This document shows, piece by piece, positions 1-14,350 of a stretch of 64,000 bases of DNA. This stretch comes from Cirrosporium novae-zelandiae. Taxonomy: Eukaryota. The DNA lies in assembly GCA_026023565.1 (NCBI GenBank), contig JAPETS010000027.1:1-64000 (forward strand), read 5' to 3'. The notes under the pieces were generated by a model that was given only the letters and a program-made list of their open reading frames with translations, made no database searches and had not been told where the DNA came from. Numbering within the stretch: position 1 is the stretch's first letter; the number at the start of each line of letters is the position of its first letter. The translations under genes were made by a program, and so were the position numbers.

Positions 1-1166
1 GGGAAAGACGGGGGTTCGGGGGGGGGGGACATAAGAGAGAGAGGGGGGGAAAGAGTGGGAGAGTGGGAGAGAGTGGGAAAGTGGGAGGTAAAGACAGAGA
101 GAATGGGGGGGGGAAGAGAAGGTGCAGCAGCGTTGTATTCTGCAAGTGGCCGAATTGAGTATCAGCAAATCAACAAATGGTGGGCTGGCGAAAGTGTTGG
201 TGGTGGTTGGCAAATACTAGCGACGAGTACTATGGAGTAGCGAAGAGTAGCGAACTTCATTTGTACAGAAAGGTATCACCAGTACTGTAATTATTATCAA
301 TCAATTAACAGGGCAATGATACTATCTAAAACACTCCAATAATCTGTAAAAAATTGTATAGTTGCCCCGTACAAAAAAAGAAGAAGTAAAAGAGGAAACA
401 AAAATGCAAAAATGCAAAAATGTAAAAAATCTAGGTACCTACACCCTGACTACTGTACTCTCTGGCTACTCTGGCACCTTTCCTTTCGGGTGTGGATAAT
501 CCTTGCTCACCATTGTCCTCCCATCCTCCTCTAATCGCCCTGGTGCAGCCGCTTGATTTGTTGTTCGAGTCCAGCGTGTGTTGCGATGTGTCTCGTGCAT
601 TTCAAGAAAGGCTGCTTTAGGGTGCATTTAGGGTCTCATTAGCTTGACTGCACCTATTCCCTCTCAGCTCTGCGCTGACAATCCCCATCGCATTTACCAT
701 TTGAGCAGTCGCATTTCCTTTTCATTCTTGAAAATTGTTTGTGCTTCTCGAATGAATTTGTGTTGCACAGTGTACCTGACAATTATTTTATCTTTAACCC
801 CCCGGTGCTTGAACACTTTCTTTCCATTTGTTCCAGTTCATCTTTGATCCTTCATCCCACCTGCCCGCCCCCCAATCACTCGGATTTCTACCATTCGTGC
901 CCCAAGCGAGTCAGAGCCAACCTTCCCGCGTTATCGATAAAAACAAAGCATAAGCAGTCGGGGACCCATTCACTTAAGTGACTTAAAAACACACATCAAC
1001 AACAGAAAACAAGGTGCAACAGAAAACAAAAACACATCCTTTTATTATTTACTGTCGCTGCTGTTTTCGCGACGAGAGATATGCGATAGAATTGATTCGC
1101 AAGGCCAAGGCATCCTGACTGCTCGAGTTGATCTCGAGCGTCCTGTCAGGATTGGCCCATGGCATC

Positions 1167-4100
1167 ATGAATCTACAAGGTCCCTCCTTTGCCACTGCCC
1201 TCGCCCTCTGTTCCCCTGGTATGTCTCCAAAACACCGCAATCGCCATGATAGTTTGATCCCCCCCACATCAAGATCATGTTTGTTCATAATACTGAATAT
1301 CTGAATATAGTCCCCTCCCCTTCTCTTCTCAACTCCTCCTTCCCAAGCCCGACTCCCGGGCTTTCGCGCCCAGAAAATGCATCCGAACAGGCTGCAAACA
1401 ACACACATAATGAATATTTCAATACAGATATAATGCAAGAAGATCTGATAGATCTGACTTCTCAAGACAATGAGGTGAGCACGATTGCTTTGGATACCGA
1501 ACATGTCACCTATCAGTCAGACCTGCAAACAATATTGGACTTTGTGGATACATCTGCTCTTCTTGATATGCCATCCCTGGAGGCAGAACAACCCACAAAG
1601 ACCAAAAATAAATCCCCAGGAGAGCCATACTTTGTATTACATCCCTTAGACCTTGGACATGCCATTCAAATCCAGAAATACCAGGAAGATCGCCAGATCA
1701 GAGCTGAAGCTCGGTTGCAAGCATGGAAAATATCAACGGCCCTTTGCTCGCGCCTTGCGCGATGTGGCAAGTCTGCCTACAAATCCTTGGTTGAAAATTT
1801 TAGACTTGATGACAAGAAAAATTTTGTCCAAACATTCACCGCTTTCCATGATATCCAAACTACTTTCCAAGCTACCTGGACCAATTCCTTGCAAGAAACA
1901 GACGTCAACGCCAAAAGCAAAAATCACCGCTGGATCGGCTCTGGAGATGGGCTTTCTTTTATTAATCAGATCTCATCCGAGTCCCGTTCCAGTCTGATTA
2001 CTTTGCTCAACCGTATCAGAAACGAGCCGGACTTTCTTGCTGATCGCATAGCAAGTCTTTCTTCTTTGCAACTTTCTTCCCTTGCTGCTTCATATCAATC
2101 CTTGGATACAGTTGGTTCTGTTTTATCCCAGCATCCTCGCCTGAGGATAGCGTCACCCAGCCCTAAACGTTCAGCCAATCCCGGTTCCGCCGTGGAGCGC
2201 CTCTTCTCCTTGGAGCGCAGTGATCCATTTTCAACATTGCTTTTTAATATCTTTGGTAATTCCTGGGATTTGCACTCTCCAGAGTACCTCAGAAGATCAC
2301 AAGCATGGTCAGCCGTTTGTGCTCGCCTTATCCGCGAGGGTCGTACCGGAAGTGAGCACTTCATAACTAGCGTCCTCAATGCTTGGGCGTCCGCCACTGC
2401 ATGGCCGCTAAAAACCAATCTGGAGCTTTATCTGTCCGAAACCCTCCACAATGGTGCTTTTCTTCTTGATACACAAGATGATTCTTCTTTGTTTAAGGCC
2501 GAGCCCACTTCTGATCCCACAGAAATGCAAAGCCGTGTGAATTGCTTTTTTGAAAATGCTACGTCTCGAATTTTCAATCTTCTTGATGATAGTGTAATCA
2601 ATTTTGGTCTCCCTAAAGGTGTAGTCGCATTTGCAGCTGCAATCCTTGACAAGTTACATGATACCAAAAAGCAGCGGACTTTTCGAAATTTCCTGCTCGC
2701 TACATGGTTCGGCTCCAAGCTTCTATTCAATACCATCCTTTTTCCAGAGGTAAGCGTCCTTTCCAGATTGCTGTGAATTTTATCTGATATCTATATAGAG
2801 CCAAGCTCTGATGATGGAACACCATATTGGTGACCAAACTCGACAGAAGGTTTTGCGTGAATTAGGTAGCCGTGTACAACAGCAGATTCTGTGCATCATA
2901 TATCCTATGTATGACTATCTTCATGAATAAAGGAATTACTAGCTAACTAGAAGCAGGAGACAATCTACAACTACTCTACCAGAAGCGTCATCTTATGTTG
3001 ATCACGTTTTTCGTTATTTAGAGCAGCACGGGTCTTCGAATCCAGAGAGACCCAATCAAATAAGCACTCGTCAATGCGAGGCTAACAGTCTGATTAATGA
3101 ATATGATTATTTGCTGCTTTCAGCACCCGATCTCCTGGGCGTTGTCAACACCGTCTATCCAGAAAACCGTCCCAGATCTTTGTTTCCCGACCATTTCGGT
3201 CGAGGCAGCGAGTTCTCTTCTCGAACATCATCGATAGTTGGACTTCCTCTATCTCCATCACCTCTCACTCCTCGATGCAGTAACGATACTATATCAATCA
3301 AGAGTGGCAAAAGCTTCTCGCTCAACAGCGACACGAGCCAAAGCCCTGTAGATTCCTTAATCTCCAACGTAGGAAACCTGCAACAGAGTGAATCGGGCCT
3401 ACGACTTAGCCAGTTAATTGCAGATGAGCGCCTCGTGAAAGATGAGCACTTGGAAAATAGATTGAAAATTGCCCGTGCAGAGCTTTCAAATATCTTTGCA
3501 TTCGAACGTCCAACTGGTACTCAGGATCCATGTGCGGAAGATTGGGTAACATTAAATATATGCCGAGATGGCAGTGATCTGACATGCGTGCCCGATAAAC
3601 CTCATCAACTGAGCCGGGGAGAAGATTCTTTAGCGGCAGAGGATACATCTCAACCTGACTGGCCTGGTAATATTGACAACATGGATATTGAAGAGGTGAA
3701 AAAGGTCATTGTTAGACTCCTTGAGAATATGGAGCCATCGCATCTTGCAAGCCTGGAGAACATCTCCGAAAGACCCGAAAACATGTTCAAAAAGGAAGCT
3801 GCTTTCATAGAAGGCTTGCTTCAGGAGGCCTTAAATAGGTCTGAGATTGAATCCGACTTTGTGGGTGCACATTTTTGGTGGGAACTAATCCAGACTTTTG
3901 AATTGCACTCTTCGAAGCTGCTTGCGGTCGGGGAACAGCCTTCAATTCTTGCTGAAATCTCCAAGGATGCCGAACTCGCTACTGACCGATCGTTGCAAGC
4001 AATCAAAAACTGCGAAGACTGGTTCACAGCTCTGAAGCCTGTGCAAGGACAACAAAACGCCGGTCTTGTGAACACAACGAAAAATGTTCAAAAGTTACGC

Positions 4101-6299
4101 GACAAGATGTGGTATATCAGTGACGTGAGAAACTCATCAAAATTTGAAGAAGCCCGGAATATTGCAATAGCACTCCGCGCAATGGCCAAGCCTTCTAAAA
4201 ATAGCCGTAATGGGTTCATTTCAGCAGCACGGCCTCGAAATATGTCTAGGGCCTTGGGCGGATCCTTTCTGCTTCGAACAGAGACACAGACGGTGAGCAT
4301 AATGACTGCTCCTAAAGAACAGGGTGGATCAAGCAAACTAGCAGATGCACAGGTGGAGATGACAGCAAAATGGCTAGCTCAATCTGGAATTGAGAATTTC
4401 TGCAAAGGCGAAGAGAGAATTCATCGCTTCTGTCTAGAGATCCATAAGTGTGTCAATAAGATTGTTGGAGACGGTATACTTGATGGACCGGTATTATGGT
4501 CTAGTGAATTATACCAGCAAGAAAAGAGGATGTTTGCTTCTCAGCGCCCAAAAGAATCCACCTTTTCGAACCTGCCAAGGCCCTCGAGTGGTTCTAGCGA
4601 TGAAGGCTCCATGTGGCACTCACGGTCTGGGCTCCGCAACCTCGGCTTCGTGCCTAAACCCACTTTCACATCTCGAGATTCTATCACAGAACATACCGGT
4701 CTCCGCCAAACTGCTGATCCTGACAAGCGCAATACGCAGAGAGACAGCCTGTACTCAAATTATAGCTATTCTTCGGACCAGTATCCCAGCAGCCTTTCCA
4801 CCGTATCCACCAACTCTATGTCGACATTCTGGTCTCCTGCTGTGACTCCAGCAAATGCTCCGACTGAGGTCTCCAGCATTCGCTCTAGGCCTTCGTCGTT
4901 TTATGAGACTCAAGCTCCTCAAGGTAACCGTATAGATGGTGAGATCGATAAAGATGCTTTCCTGCGTCGCTTAAAAGGAACTTTGACAAGCCTACTTCTC
5001 AGTGACATTGGCTACACCGTGTGGCATCAAGGTAGTGAAACTGACGGTTGGTTCTCCGGAGGGTTTGGCGCGGAATGTCTCCGCTGGAACCAAGAAAAAA
5101 GGTCAAGGATCCCGAGAATATTGAAAAAGAAGCGAAGCAGCCAAAGTCTCCGAGAAAGTACGTCGACATCAGAGCTGAAGCCTGATGGTAGAGCGGCAAT
5201 TCATAGACGGAGTCAGTCGTTGGCTCCTCCGTCAAGATCGGCAAGAGCAGAAGGCAACTCTGATGGTGGCGATAAAACTGGGGTTATTAATGAGGAAAGT
5301 GAACAGAGTCCGAACCTTGACCCCCAATCCCCTGCTTTTCCTGCCGAGAAGGCCTTTAAAGCTATCTTCAAGAAAATCTCGTCACACCCCAATCCACTTA
5401 TCAAATTACAGTCAATTTACGATCTAAAGCGCCTTGTTGTATCACTACTCAAGAGCAATCAAATCGGATCCGCTTATGCTCCTGTTACCACAACTTACAG
5501 ATCAAAACCTTCCCATAGCTATGCTCCCCATTCCAGGGACAGCTCTGATCGAAGTGAATATACTATGAAACCGTGGGGACAAGATGCTCAATACAAGGAT
5601 CGACGCTCCAATACTGGAGATTCGGCGTCCACAGTTGCTCCTTCTAGAACCTTTCATCTGCCATATCGTGGCAAATCTATAAGCAGAGATCCAGGCAGAG
5701 ATCAGGTTGTGGAGGTGCTGAAAGATCTCCTACGGGACAACTCTACTTGTCCGCACACACTATTTCGCGACTTACAATTTATCGCGTCCTTCGTCCCCTC
5801 TGACGTTCTTGAGAAGAGCGAAAGGGGTAAAGCATTCTGGGACCTGGGACTTGCAGCCTTGGCCCTGAAACAGGACATCTGCAAAACAATCATGGAAGTC
5901 GCGGCCGAAGCTGTTACTTACGAAATTGAAAAACGCACACATTGGCCTCTGACAACGTCTACAGAATCGAGCAACGATCAACGCTTCACCATGGAGGATG
6001 CTGGCAAAATGTGGACCATAGCTGCCAAAGAAGGCGAGCCGGTCGCTCAGCGTGAACTCGCAATTTTTTACCTCACACATCCAGACCTCCTACCCAGGGT
6101 GACATTGCCTCTAAGTATGCCGAGGGATATCTTCAAGACGGAGATGATGTACCGGCAGATTGAGGACAAAGATCCTAGCAGAGTAGATCCGCAAGCAATG
6201 TGTTTAGCATACCATTGGATGCAACTAAGTGCCAAGGGCGGTGATGCCCTGGCAAGGAATAACCTCCGAGAACGGGAGGAGTTTGATTCGGCCATATGA
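1167..6299 (+). CDS. Large conserved-looking fungal protein; tentative RasGAP-like, VPS9-like and C-terminal Sel1-like segments
   Basis: ORFs 1277-2776 and 3111-6299 join through phase-compatible introns at 2750-2798 and about 2909-2957. A probable first exon 1167-1218 is followed by intron 1219-1310 (GTATGT...TAG). The C-terminus has AAKEGEPVAQRELAIFY and AYHWMQLSAKGGDALA (Sel1-like). Confidence 0.8.
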
Positions 6300-7295
6300 A
6301 TTATTTTTGGTATTTTTTTTCTTTGGAGTTGTTGAATTTGGGTTTTGTTTCTTTCTGTACAAATCTGGGCTGGCTCTCTGAGCCTTTTCCTCGGTAATGC
6401 GCTGTCGATTCGTTTTGCTTGTACAATGCGTTGGTGTTGGCTTGGTCTTCTTACCAACAAGTAGGGCTTCGTCCGTACTTCTGCTTGATTCTGATGTCCT
6501 TCCCATGGACTTTTGGCGCTTTTTCTCGTCGTTTGCTCGCGTCTTGATTTATTCAATCAATTGATCGATAGATTTGGCGGTGGCTTTCTTGCGTCCCCAA
6601 GATTGGATGGGCAGGCCAAGGCAGGCAAGGCGATTATTTTTGCTTTAAAAAGTGAATGGATGGAGGGAGGGGGGGCGGCTGTCTCTTCGTTGACTTCTTC
6701 CAATTAGCAAAGCAACTTTTTTTTTTACTGCTGATTTCGAACTTTGACCATATCTTTATATACCCTTCATTGACAGCGAGGAGGTTAGCTAGCTTGGCTT
6801 TATAGGAATTGTTTTTGTGTGTATGTGTTTTCTCCAAACTATCAGAAATGAGAATTTTGAAGTTTACTGGTTTCGAGTGCACATTGTGGGGAATAATGAA
6901 TTCCTTTGTAGTAGTTTACTGTGTGCCCTCCCTCTTGCTATAGTAGCCTAGATAATCAACTGACTGGCTCTAGCTAATTGGGGTACCTTGTACCTTGTAT
7001 TACAAGTAATTATAAAATTATAAAATTATAAATTCCTCCGGTCCGTCCGTTAAGGATTTTGGAAATTGGAATTTCTTCTTTTCTTTTTCTCTTTCTTCTT
7101 CTTAGGGTTATCGCCCCTATCATTCCATCTCATCCCTTTTCCGTTCGTGAGTGAAGTGAAGTGAAGAACTTCTATTTCCCCTTCCCCCTCTCCCCCCCCT
7201 CCTAAAAAAACAATAAACAACCTTGGAACCCCTCACCCCTCTTTTTTTGTTTTTGTTTTGTTCCCTATAACAAACAACGAGAGGGTTCGGTTCCA

Positions 7296-7400
7296 TACCT
7301 ACCTACCTACCTACCTACCTACCTACCTACCTAATCAAACCGTGCAGATGCAGGAAGGAGACGAGCGGTCTGAGGGAAACGGGAACGGGAACGGGAACGG
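7296..7400. repeat. Microsatellites (TACC)n and (GGGAAC)n
   Basis: Tandem repeats visible at 7296-7333 and about 7374-7400. Confidence 0.9.
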
Positions 7401-7823
7401 TTGGCTTCAAGGGCAAGGGGAGGGGGGGGTTATTGTTGTGGGGGAAAAGGGAATAAATGAATGGGTAGTTTGGTTTGGGATGGTGGTGGATTTGTTGTGA
7501 TTATGGTTGTGGGTTATGATTTGTTTGTTTGTTTAATAACGCTGAGGCGGGTATCATTTCTATCCTATTTGAGTTTTCTTTTTTTTTCTTTGGCTTTTCT
7601 TTCCTTTTTTTTTTTTTGTTTAAAAAACAATCTTCCTCCATTTTTGGGTCAACTCCTGGCTGTTGCCTTTTGTTGAGGGGTTGTATAATAAATACATGTA
7701 TATATATATATAGGTTAGGGGTCAAGGGGGGATGGCGATGGAGTCGCTTCGCATGTGAATCTTGGCTCCGGAATACCTGTCTTAACCCGGGTTATCCTTT
7801 AGAGACATGTGTAGGCTAAAAAT

Positions 7824-8931
7824 TTATCGTCCTATCCTGAACTGTGCTTTTGCATATTTATGTAGTGCTCTTAGGAATATATGATATTCCACGTTGTTGT
7901 TATCATTAGCATGGCTATTGATGAAATCTGTTAGTTGCGATGTTTTGGGGGGGGAGGTTAAGAGGTGTGTGTACTCACAAAATCTCGGCCAACCTCACTT
8001 GCCAGGGAGGATAGCCTTGTAGTTGGATGATAGATCCAAATAATAGAAGCAAATCCGGTTCACCCATAACGCTCTCGCTAACTTCGGTATCAACCAGTTC
8101 AGACGAAATGTCGCTGGGAGAGAGCTTCTGCTTTTGTGACATTTCCGTGAGGGTTTTCGTTAAATCAACCAGGGTAGCACGGCCATCATCGGCAGATAGG
8201 AGAAGAAGGGAGAGATGGCCTGGGGAATCTGGGGAAGAGGACGCAGACTCGTCGAAAACATCTCCATTGAGGTACGATGGCTGATTAGGGGCGCGGATCT
8301 GAAGCGATGGGCGATGGTGGCCAAAGTAGGAACGGAATTTCTGGGTGATGGCCCGATGCGTCGTTGGCACGTAGTTCTTGAGAACACCTACAAAGCTTTA
8401 GCATAAAATATGTTTTTGTCTGAGGATTGTTATCCAAATACCCGTCTTCTCATATACACTTAGCATGGGGATCCGAGCAGATGCGCACCAAGCAGCTATC
8501 TCTGATAGATCATCCACCAGTCCTTCTATCCCTGAGCCGCCTTTGTTCTCCTCCTTTAGCTCCAGTATCACACTTAAATGTTGAGGAATTCTGCTTAGGC
8601 CTTTGACGTCCTTCAGTATGAGCTCCGGTGTGTGATGATGGTAATAGAGAATTGCGTAGATTCGGTCGGCAATTGCATGGTATGTCTGCCGGATCCGGAT
8701 ATACACGGAGAAGAGTGTATGTATAACGGTGTAGACAAGAAGGTACAGCTGAGTCTTGATTACCGTCCGTACTGGCTTTTTGGGGCGAGAATGTTGTACC
8801 TGATCGGACGGGACGATGCGCGGCGAGGGAAGGTATGGCTTTAGTAAATTTTCGCGTTCTTCTGGTGTCAAGATATTTCCATTTCTGCCAACATCTTGAC
8901 GAAGCAGATCTTGTTCTTTTGGAGCCACCAT
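7824..8931 (-). CDS. NUS1: Dehydrodolichyl diphosphate synthase subunit Nus1/NgBR
   Basis: Exons 8931-8442, 8387-7979 and 7914-7824. Motifs IPQHLSVIL, LSVYEKTGVLK, EPDLLLLFG..LQGYPPWQVRLAEIF and C-terminal YAKAQFRIGR (RxG tail). Confidence 0.93.
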
Positions 8932-9593
8932 CCTCTTACTATCCCATAACCAAATTCAATATTCAATGTACTTTAAAGTAAGATGATCCAATGCGAAGAG
9001 CAGATGGCAATAGCTCACGGGAACTTGTTGCTAATGTCGGATAGAAGATTAGATCAGTGGGATCCAGCACACAGCCCCTCTGGATAGCAGACCAACTATA
9101 CAGACACGAGATAGCTTGTGTTGTGGCTGATAGAAAGTTTTATCATCTGGATATTCCTAGGAAAGAAGTTGTTAGCAGAAAAGCCGAGGCTCTGAGGAGA
9201 TATCAACTCTTGGCAAGAAGACCGCTACCCAGAACACATAGACTGAGGAAGCGAACCGGTTGGATAAATCAGACAAATCAAGTTACCAAACGGACAAGAA
9301 AAAATAGACCGTCGAAATTCTTTTCTAGGCCATTTGCCAAGTGCACTTTCTGGAAAGCTGCAGATTGGCGTTGTTCAACTCGCTTGAGGCGCGTATATAA
9401 CCAGGCTCAAAAGCTTACTGGCGTCGCCCCAGAATTGAATATTAAGCAACCGACCTGGTTTCGTGCACCGCCCTCTGTAACAGAAGACTTTGGAGAAGAG
9501 CTTGGGCCGCTGCTAACAGCATTTAAATCGTTTGAACCATTTAGCAGCACATAAAGGGCATAAAGTACAGTTTTTACAGCTTTAAACGCCAAT

Positions 9594-12392
9594 ATGCCCG
9601 GCGCTGACAATGCATCGTTGTTATCCACCAGTGGAAGATCTGTCTTTTCGAGGGGGCCTAGTTTTACGCTGGATGACTTTTCGGTAAACACTACAACTTT
9701 TTTATTCATGACAATTACTGACATACGATGACGGTGCTCTAGAATCGTGATTTTATTGTGAAGGACTTTATCGAAACTTTATCCGAGAATGCTACAGCAC
9801 CTAGAAGACACTCAGTTCCAGGCCCACAGGGTAATTCCCCTCTACACTCCAGTTTCCGGTTGCTAATAATCCTTTTGTATAGCCTTTGATCCAAAACCTC
9901 TAATAAGAACATTTGAAGCAGCCTTAAGTAAACTTCGAGACCTTTCTGGAGACCTTGAATTACGTGAGAACGAACTATCTGCCGCTGTACGCAGGGCTGA
10001 GGCCCAGCATCAATCCAACGCTGAAATATTGGGACAAAAATTGAACCAGACAATAGACTCTTTTCAAAAGCTCGACGTTACCCTGAATGGATCTACGACC
10101 GACGGATATGAGGCCGGGGGAAATGCTGCTGTTAAAATTGGCGAAAAACTGGAAGAACAAGAGAAACAGAGACGACGAGCTCAGGATGCGAAATTTCTTA
10201 TACAATGTTGGCTCGAAGTTAGTGAAAGAGGAGAGATGCTCTCCCTCGAGGATCTAAGACATCAGGCTACCGGTGATGGGAAAGTTAGATCCGCTCATAT
10301 TGCCCGACAGCTACTAAAAATCAGCCAGAGGCTTGATCCTATCAGTTGGAGCCACTCAACGGTAAATGGGGTAGCCACGAATGGAATTAATGGGAAGAAC
10401 GAGAAACCAAAGCCGAATACAAGAGAGTTGATTGAAAAATTTCTGGAATCGCTCGAACAAGATCTGTTGCAGCAGTTTGATGAGTTTTATCGAAAGCAAA
10501 ACTTTGAAGCTATGAGAGAATGTGCTACTGTGCTTTACGACTTCAACGAGGGATCTAGTGTCATGAGTCTTTTTGTCAACACCCATCAGTTCTTTATAGA
10601 ACGAAGTCAACTTATCACCGAGGAGGTTGGAGGAGACGCCGAAACGTGGGAGAAACTTGCCGACCCAGATTCCGAGCCCCCGGGAGTTGAACCTAGCTTA
10701 CAGTCCTTGGTTGACGAAGTCAAAGTTGTCGTTCAGGATGAATCGTCAATTATCAAACGTGCATTTCCTTATTATGAGCAAGTTCTAGGGCGCTTTTTGC
10801 AAAGAGTATTTCAGCAATCCATCCAGCAGCGGCTTGAAATGGTTCTTGATAAAGCGAGTTCGGTTTCATCGCTAGCTTTCTTGCGATCATTGCAAGCAGC
10901 TCGAAGCTATATCAATACATTGGTTGAAGACCTTAAGTCGCATGGCCTCACAGAACATCCGGAATCGATCTCCTCCCAGACCAGTCTAATACTTGACCAA
11001 CAACTAGATGACCTCTTTGTACCATATTTTGTGGGCTCTTCATACATTGAGCGAGAGAAGAAAAATCTTGAAGAGTTATATTCATCTCTTCTTTTCAAGT
11101 TTACAATTTTTCATTCTCGGAGGAAAAAGACCCCTACGACGTTCATGGCTTCGTTGGCAAAATCTGGTAGCGAGATGTTGGCTTCTGCAAGAGACGCTTA
11201 TATGGATCGTCTAGACAGTTCTGATCTAGCTCCTGCGCAAAAGAGGATGCTGCTGCGTGTTGCTGGCTTGAAAGACGCCGACAGTTCTAAGAAACAAACT
11301 GAAATTGAAGTCTGCGACGAGGATGGTGTGCTAAGAATCAGCAATACTAAACGCATGCTAAAATGGCTTGCTGAAGGTGTCGGTCGAGGGCTTGAGCTGA
11401 GTGGCGGGAATGAGACACCCAAGGATGTGTCTTCTTTGCTAAACACTCTAATTGCGCATATGGGGAACATCTACCTTGAGACGACTTTAGATGCGTAAGT
11501 TTTAGACATGCTATTGTTGGACTATGCTAACTTCATTCAGAGCTACCGACATGGCAACAGCCCAAGAAAACATCAAGAATGAACCAGATTTCTCATATCT
11601 GCCAGATCTACTACCCGCCATAACCACCATGAACCTTATGTTGGCATGCATCAACACAGTCCTTCTTCCCTTGGCTTCCTCGAATATAACTATTCGTCGA
11701 GATATGGAGAAGGCTACGAATCTCGCAATAAATAGGATGGAAGACAAAGTAAATGCAGTTCTTCATCATACAATAGATGCTGCCATTGCCTGGATTTCAA
11801 GGTTACTCGGAAACCAGAAACGGACTGACTATAGGCCGAAGGATGATGGCACTTGGCTTGAAATGCTCCAGACACCTGTATGCTCATCAGTTTCTCATTC
11901 CGAAACTCCTTTTATTTGTATGGCTAACTGATCCACTAACACGCGGTTTGTTAGACTTGTCTTTCAATTTTCACATTCCTTAGCCGCCTACACACGTTGT
12001 CCTTGACATCCCTTCCGGAACATTCTCCGGCTATTCTGTCACTCCATACGGAGCTTGCAGTAGGTCTCCGGACTCTTCTCCTTGATCACTACCGTAAATT
12101 TACGGTTAATGCTGCTGGAGGCCTCATGGTCACCAAGGACCTTACAAAATACGTTGAACTCTTGCGTTCCTGGAACCTTGATCCTGCTTTCCAGCCAAGC
12201 CTTGAGGTTTTGGGAGAAATTGGAAACTTGTTTGTCATTGGGCCCGATGCTCTAAAAGAAAGGTTACGAGGAGTTGGAGGTCAAGGACAGGGAGGTCTCG
12301 GACCGTGGGAGAAGAATGACCTTAGACCGTTTTTGCTGAGACGGGAAGATGCAAGCAGTGCCGGCGTGCAGTCGGTATTAAGCTCTCTATAA
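9594..12392 (+). CDS. SEC10: Exocyst complex component Sec10
   Basis: Five exons. N-terminal FTLDDFSNRDFIVKDFIE and FDPKPLIRTFE, central RVFQQSIQQRLE, and C-terminal KFTVNAAGGLMVTKD...EIGNLFVIGPDALKE. Confidence 0.95.
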
Positions 12393-13243
12393 ATACTACT
12401 TGTGGATTGGGATACAGGATCTGGACCCAAGTCTTCTTCTCATTATCTAGAGCATATTGATGATATTGGAAATGCATGGGAATTGATGATGCTATGACAT
12501 AAACGTCAAGGAAAGCGTCCGGCAGGTGTTCCCAGGTGAAGCGAAAGGCGTTTAGATTTTTTGGCTAACGTCGTTTCTTTGTGATGATGTTGTTTTTATT
12601 ATGTTTATTTGCTGTCTAACGCTATGTTTGTTCCTGATACCCAGCTTCAAGAGGGACTGTGCAGATAGTTATGTTTTAGCAATGCTTTAATTCCAAGAAG
12701 ATAGAGCTGTCAGTGAGGTGAGATTAGCTGTCAAAATGGGACTCGGCCTTTTAAATTTATTCTACTGTTTAGAGTTGTAAACTACCAAAGTCGATGCTCA
12801 CTGAAAACGGAATAAGTGATGATTTTTGTAGATTTTGTAAAGGGTAACTTTAGAGATGGTAAAATTCCTTAGTTGATAAATTATATAAAAATAAAAGTCA
12901 GAGTCTGGTGATAGTCTTCCTAAGGGTCTTTCCTAGGGGTAGTAGTAAACAAGCTATCGTCAGGGAGGATTTCAATAATTTCGTCAAGTGTTCCTTCGCA
13001 TGCTTGGCCAGCCGCTCCGCCTTTCCCTTTGAAATTTACGGCATTGATATTAAGATATAATGATGCCAGCGCATGATGGAAGGTTTCCCAGAGAACGTTT
13101 ATTCATATTTCCTCTCCTCTCCGAAAATTCTATTTTATCTGAGATCCTGACCTGTTCCTATTGCTGTCATATGATGAATCAATGTCTTAAAATAGTGTTT
13201 AATTCTTAACATATGCTTAACTAGTATTTTTTTATCTTTCAAG

Positions 13244-14350
13244 ATGCGCATACTTTTTCCAAGATAAAGCTGTGACTCGAGCAGCTATTACCTTTGCTCG
13301 TCGAACGGTTTCTCGGGATGCTGCTCAGTTGATCCATACAGTCTATCAGATTGCCCGAATTCGTCCAGTTCAAGCTCTGCCATTGCAAGTACCAGCGCTG
13401 TTACTGTAAATACTGCGAAAAGCACTGTTGTTACTTCCCTAGGTGAGTAACTGTCTATTAGATCGTCCATCGTGACCTTACCAGCTATAGGGGCTACGTC
13501 GGCAAGTCAAAGTCAAACGACTTCTCAAAACCCAGTGACGGTGACAGTTGTCCAAACACAAGTCGATAGTGATGCCACATCAACTGCAGCTTCAGTTTCT
13601 GCTATAGGCACAGCTGCAACTGCGTCCTCGACAGCAGGGTCTACCACTATGGACACGGGGTCTGATTCGCCCTCGTCCAATGTCAAGGCAACCACTGAAG
13701 GAGTGGTCGGGGCCGTTGTTGGAGGGCTCATGATTGTGACCTTAATATTCTGGTTATGGTGGAGGAGAAGAAAGACCAAGAAAGCCGTCAAGCCTGAAGA
13801 TACCGAGAAGAAATCACAGGATAGCGCAAATGATGAATTCCCTCCAGATAGGAAGGACCCGGTTTTTGTTCTTGATGGAAATCCCATAAACCTAGAGCTA
13901 GCTGGCTCTTCGCCGGCTATGGAGCTCTCGGGAGTTTTAGTAGAATCTTCCATCGCCGACCTTTCGGTGGTTTCGCAAAGTACACCAATGAATCAGTCAC
14001 AGAGGTCGGATCCCATAAGTCCAATATCTTCGAACTCTGCCAAATCTTCACCTGGGCCCGATGGAACGGTGATGCGATCAACTTTAAACCTATTATAGCG
14101 AAATGTGGATCGTCGGCGAAATCGGCGAGTAAGAAATAGTAGTGGTAACCATGTCATGAGTTGGATGGAATGTGCAGGAGAAAATGATGGAAGGTTGTCA
14201 CCACAAATTAGGTCTGATAATCGTTGGAGTAGCTCGACCCCAGGAAGCGGCACAGTAAGTCCTCTTACGCCAGATTTCCAGAAGTCCGAATTTAGCGAAC
14301 AAGACCAGCATGGTGAAAACAGTGACCAAGGTACAATGTCTCAAGGATAG
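13244..14350 (+). pseudogene. Single-pass Ser/Thr-rich membrane protein with a Cys-rich N-terminus, disrupted by two in-frame stops
   Basis: ATG 13244, TAA 13265-67, then in-frame SCDSSSYYLCSSNGFSGCCSVDPY. Intron 13443-13484/13490. TM segment GVVGAVVGGLMIVTLIFWLWW followed by RRRK. TAG 14096-98 with in-frame continuation to 14350. Confidence 0.7.

Noticed and set aside
1..120. G/purine-rich tract as a telomere or functional G-quadruplex
   Set aside because: It has no TTAGGG repeats, and similar G runs are common in the intergenic DNA of this window.
7102..7110. TTAGGGTTA (TAACCCTAA on the minus strand) as a telomerase RNA template
   Set aside because: It is an isolated 9-mer in low-complexity DNA. 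No pseudoknot or CR4/5 was recognised, and a full-length RNA would overlap the neighbouring gene.
9057..9554. 165-aa ORF between NUS1 and SEC10
   Set aside because: It has a GTG start, lies in a divergent promoter and shows no protein-family features.
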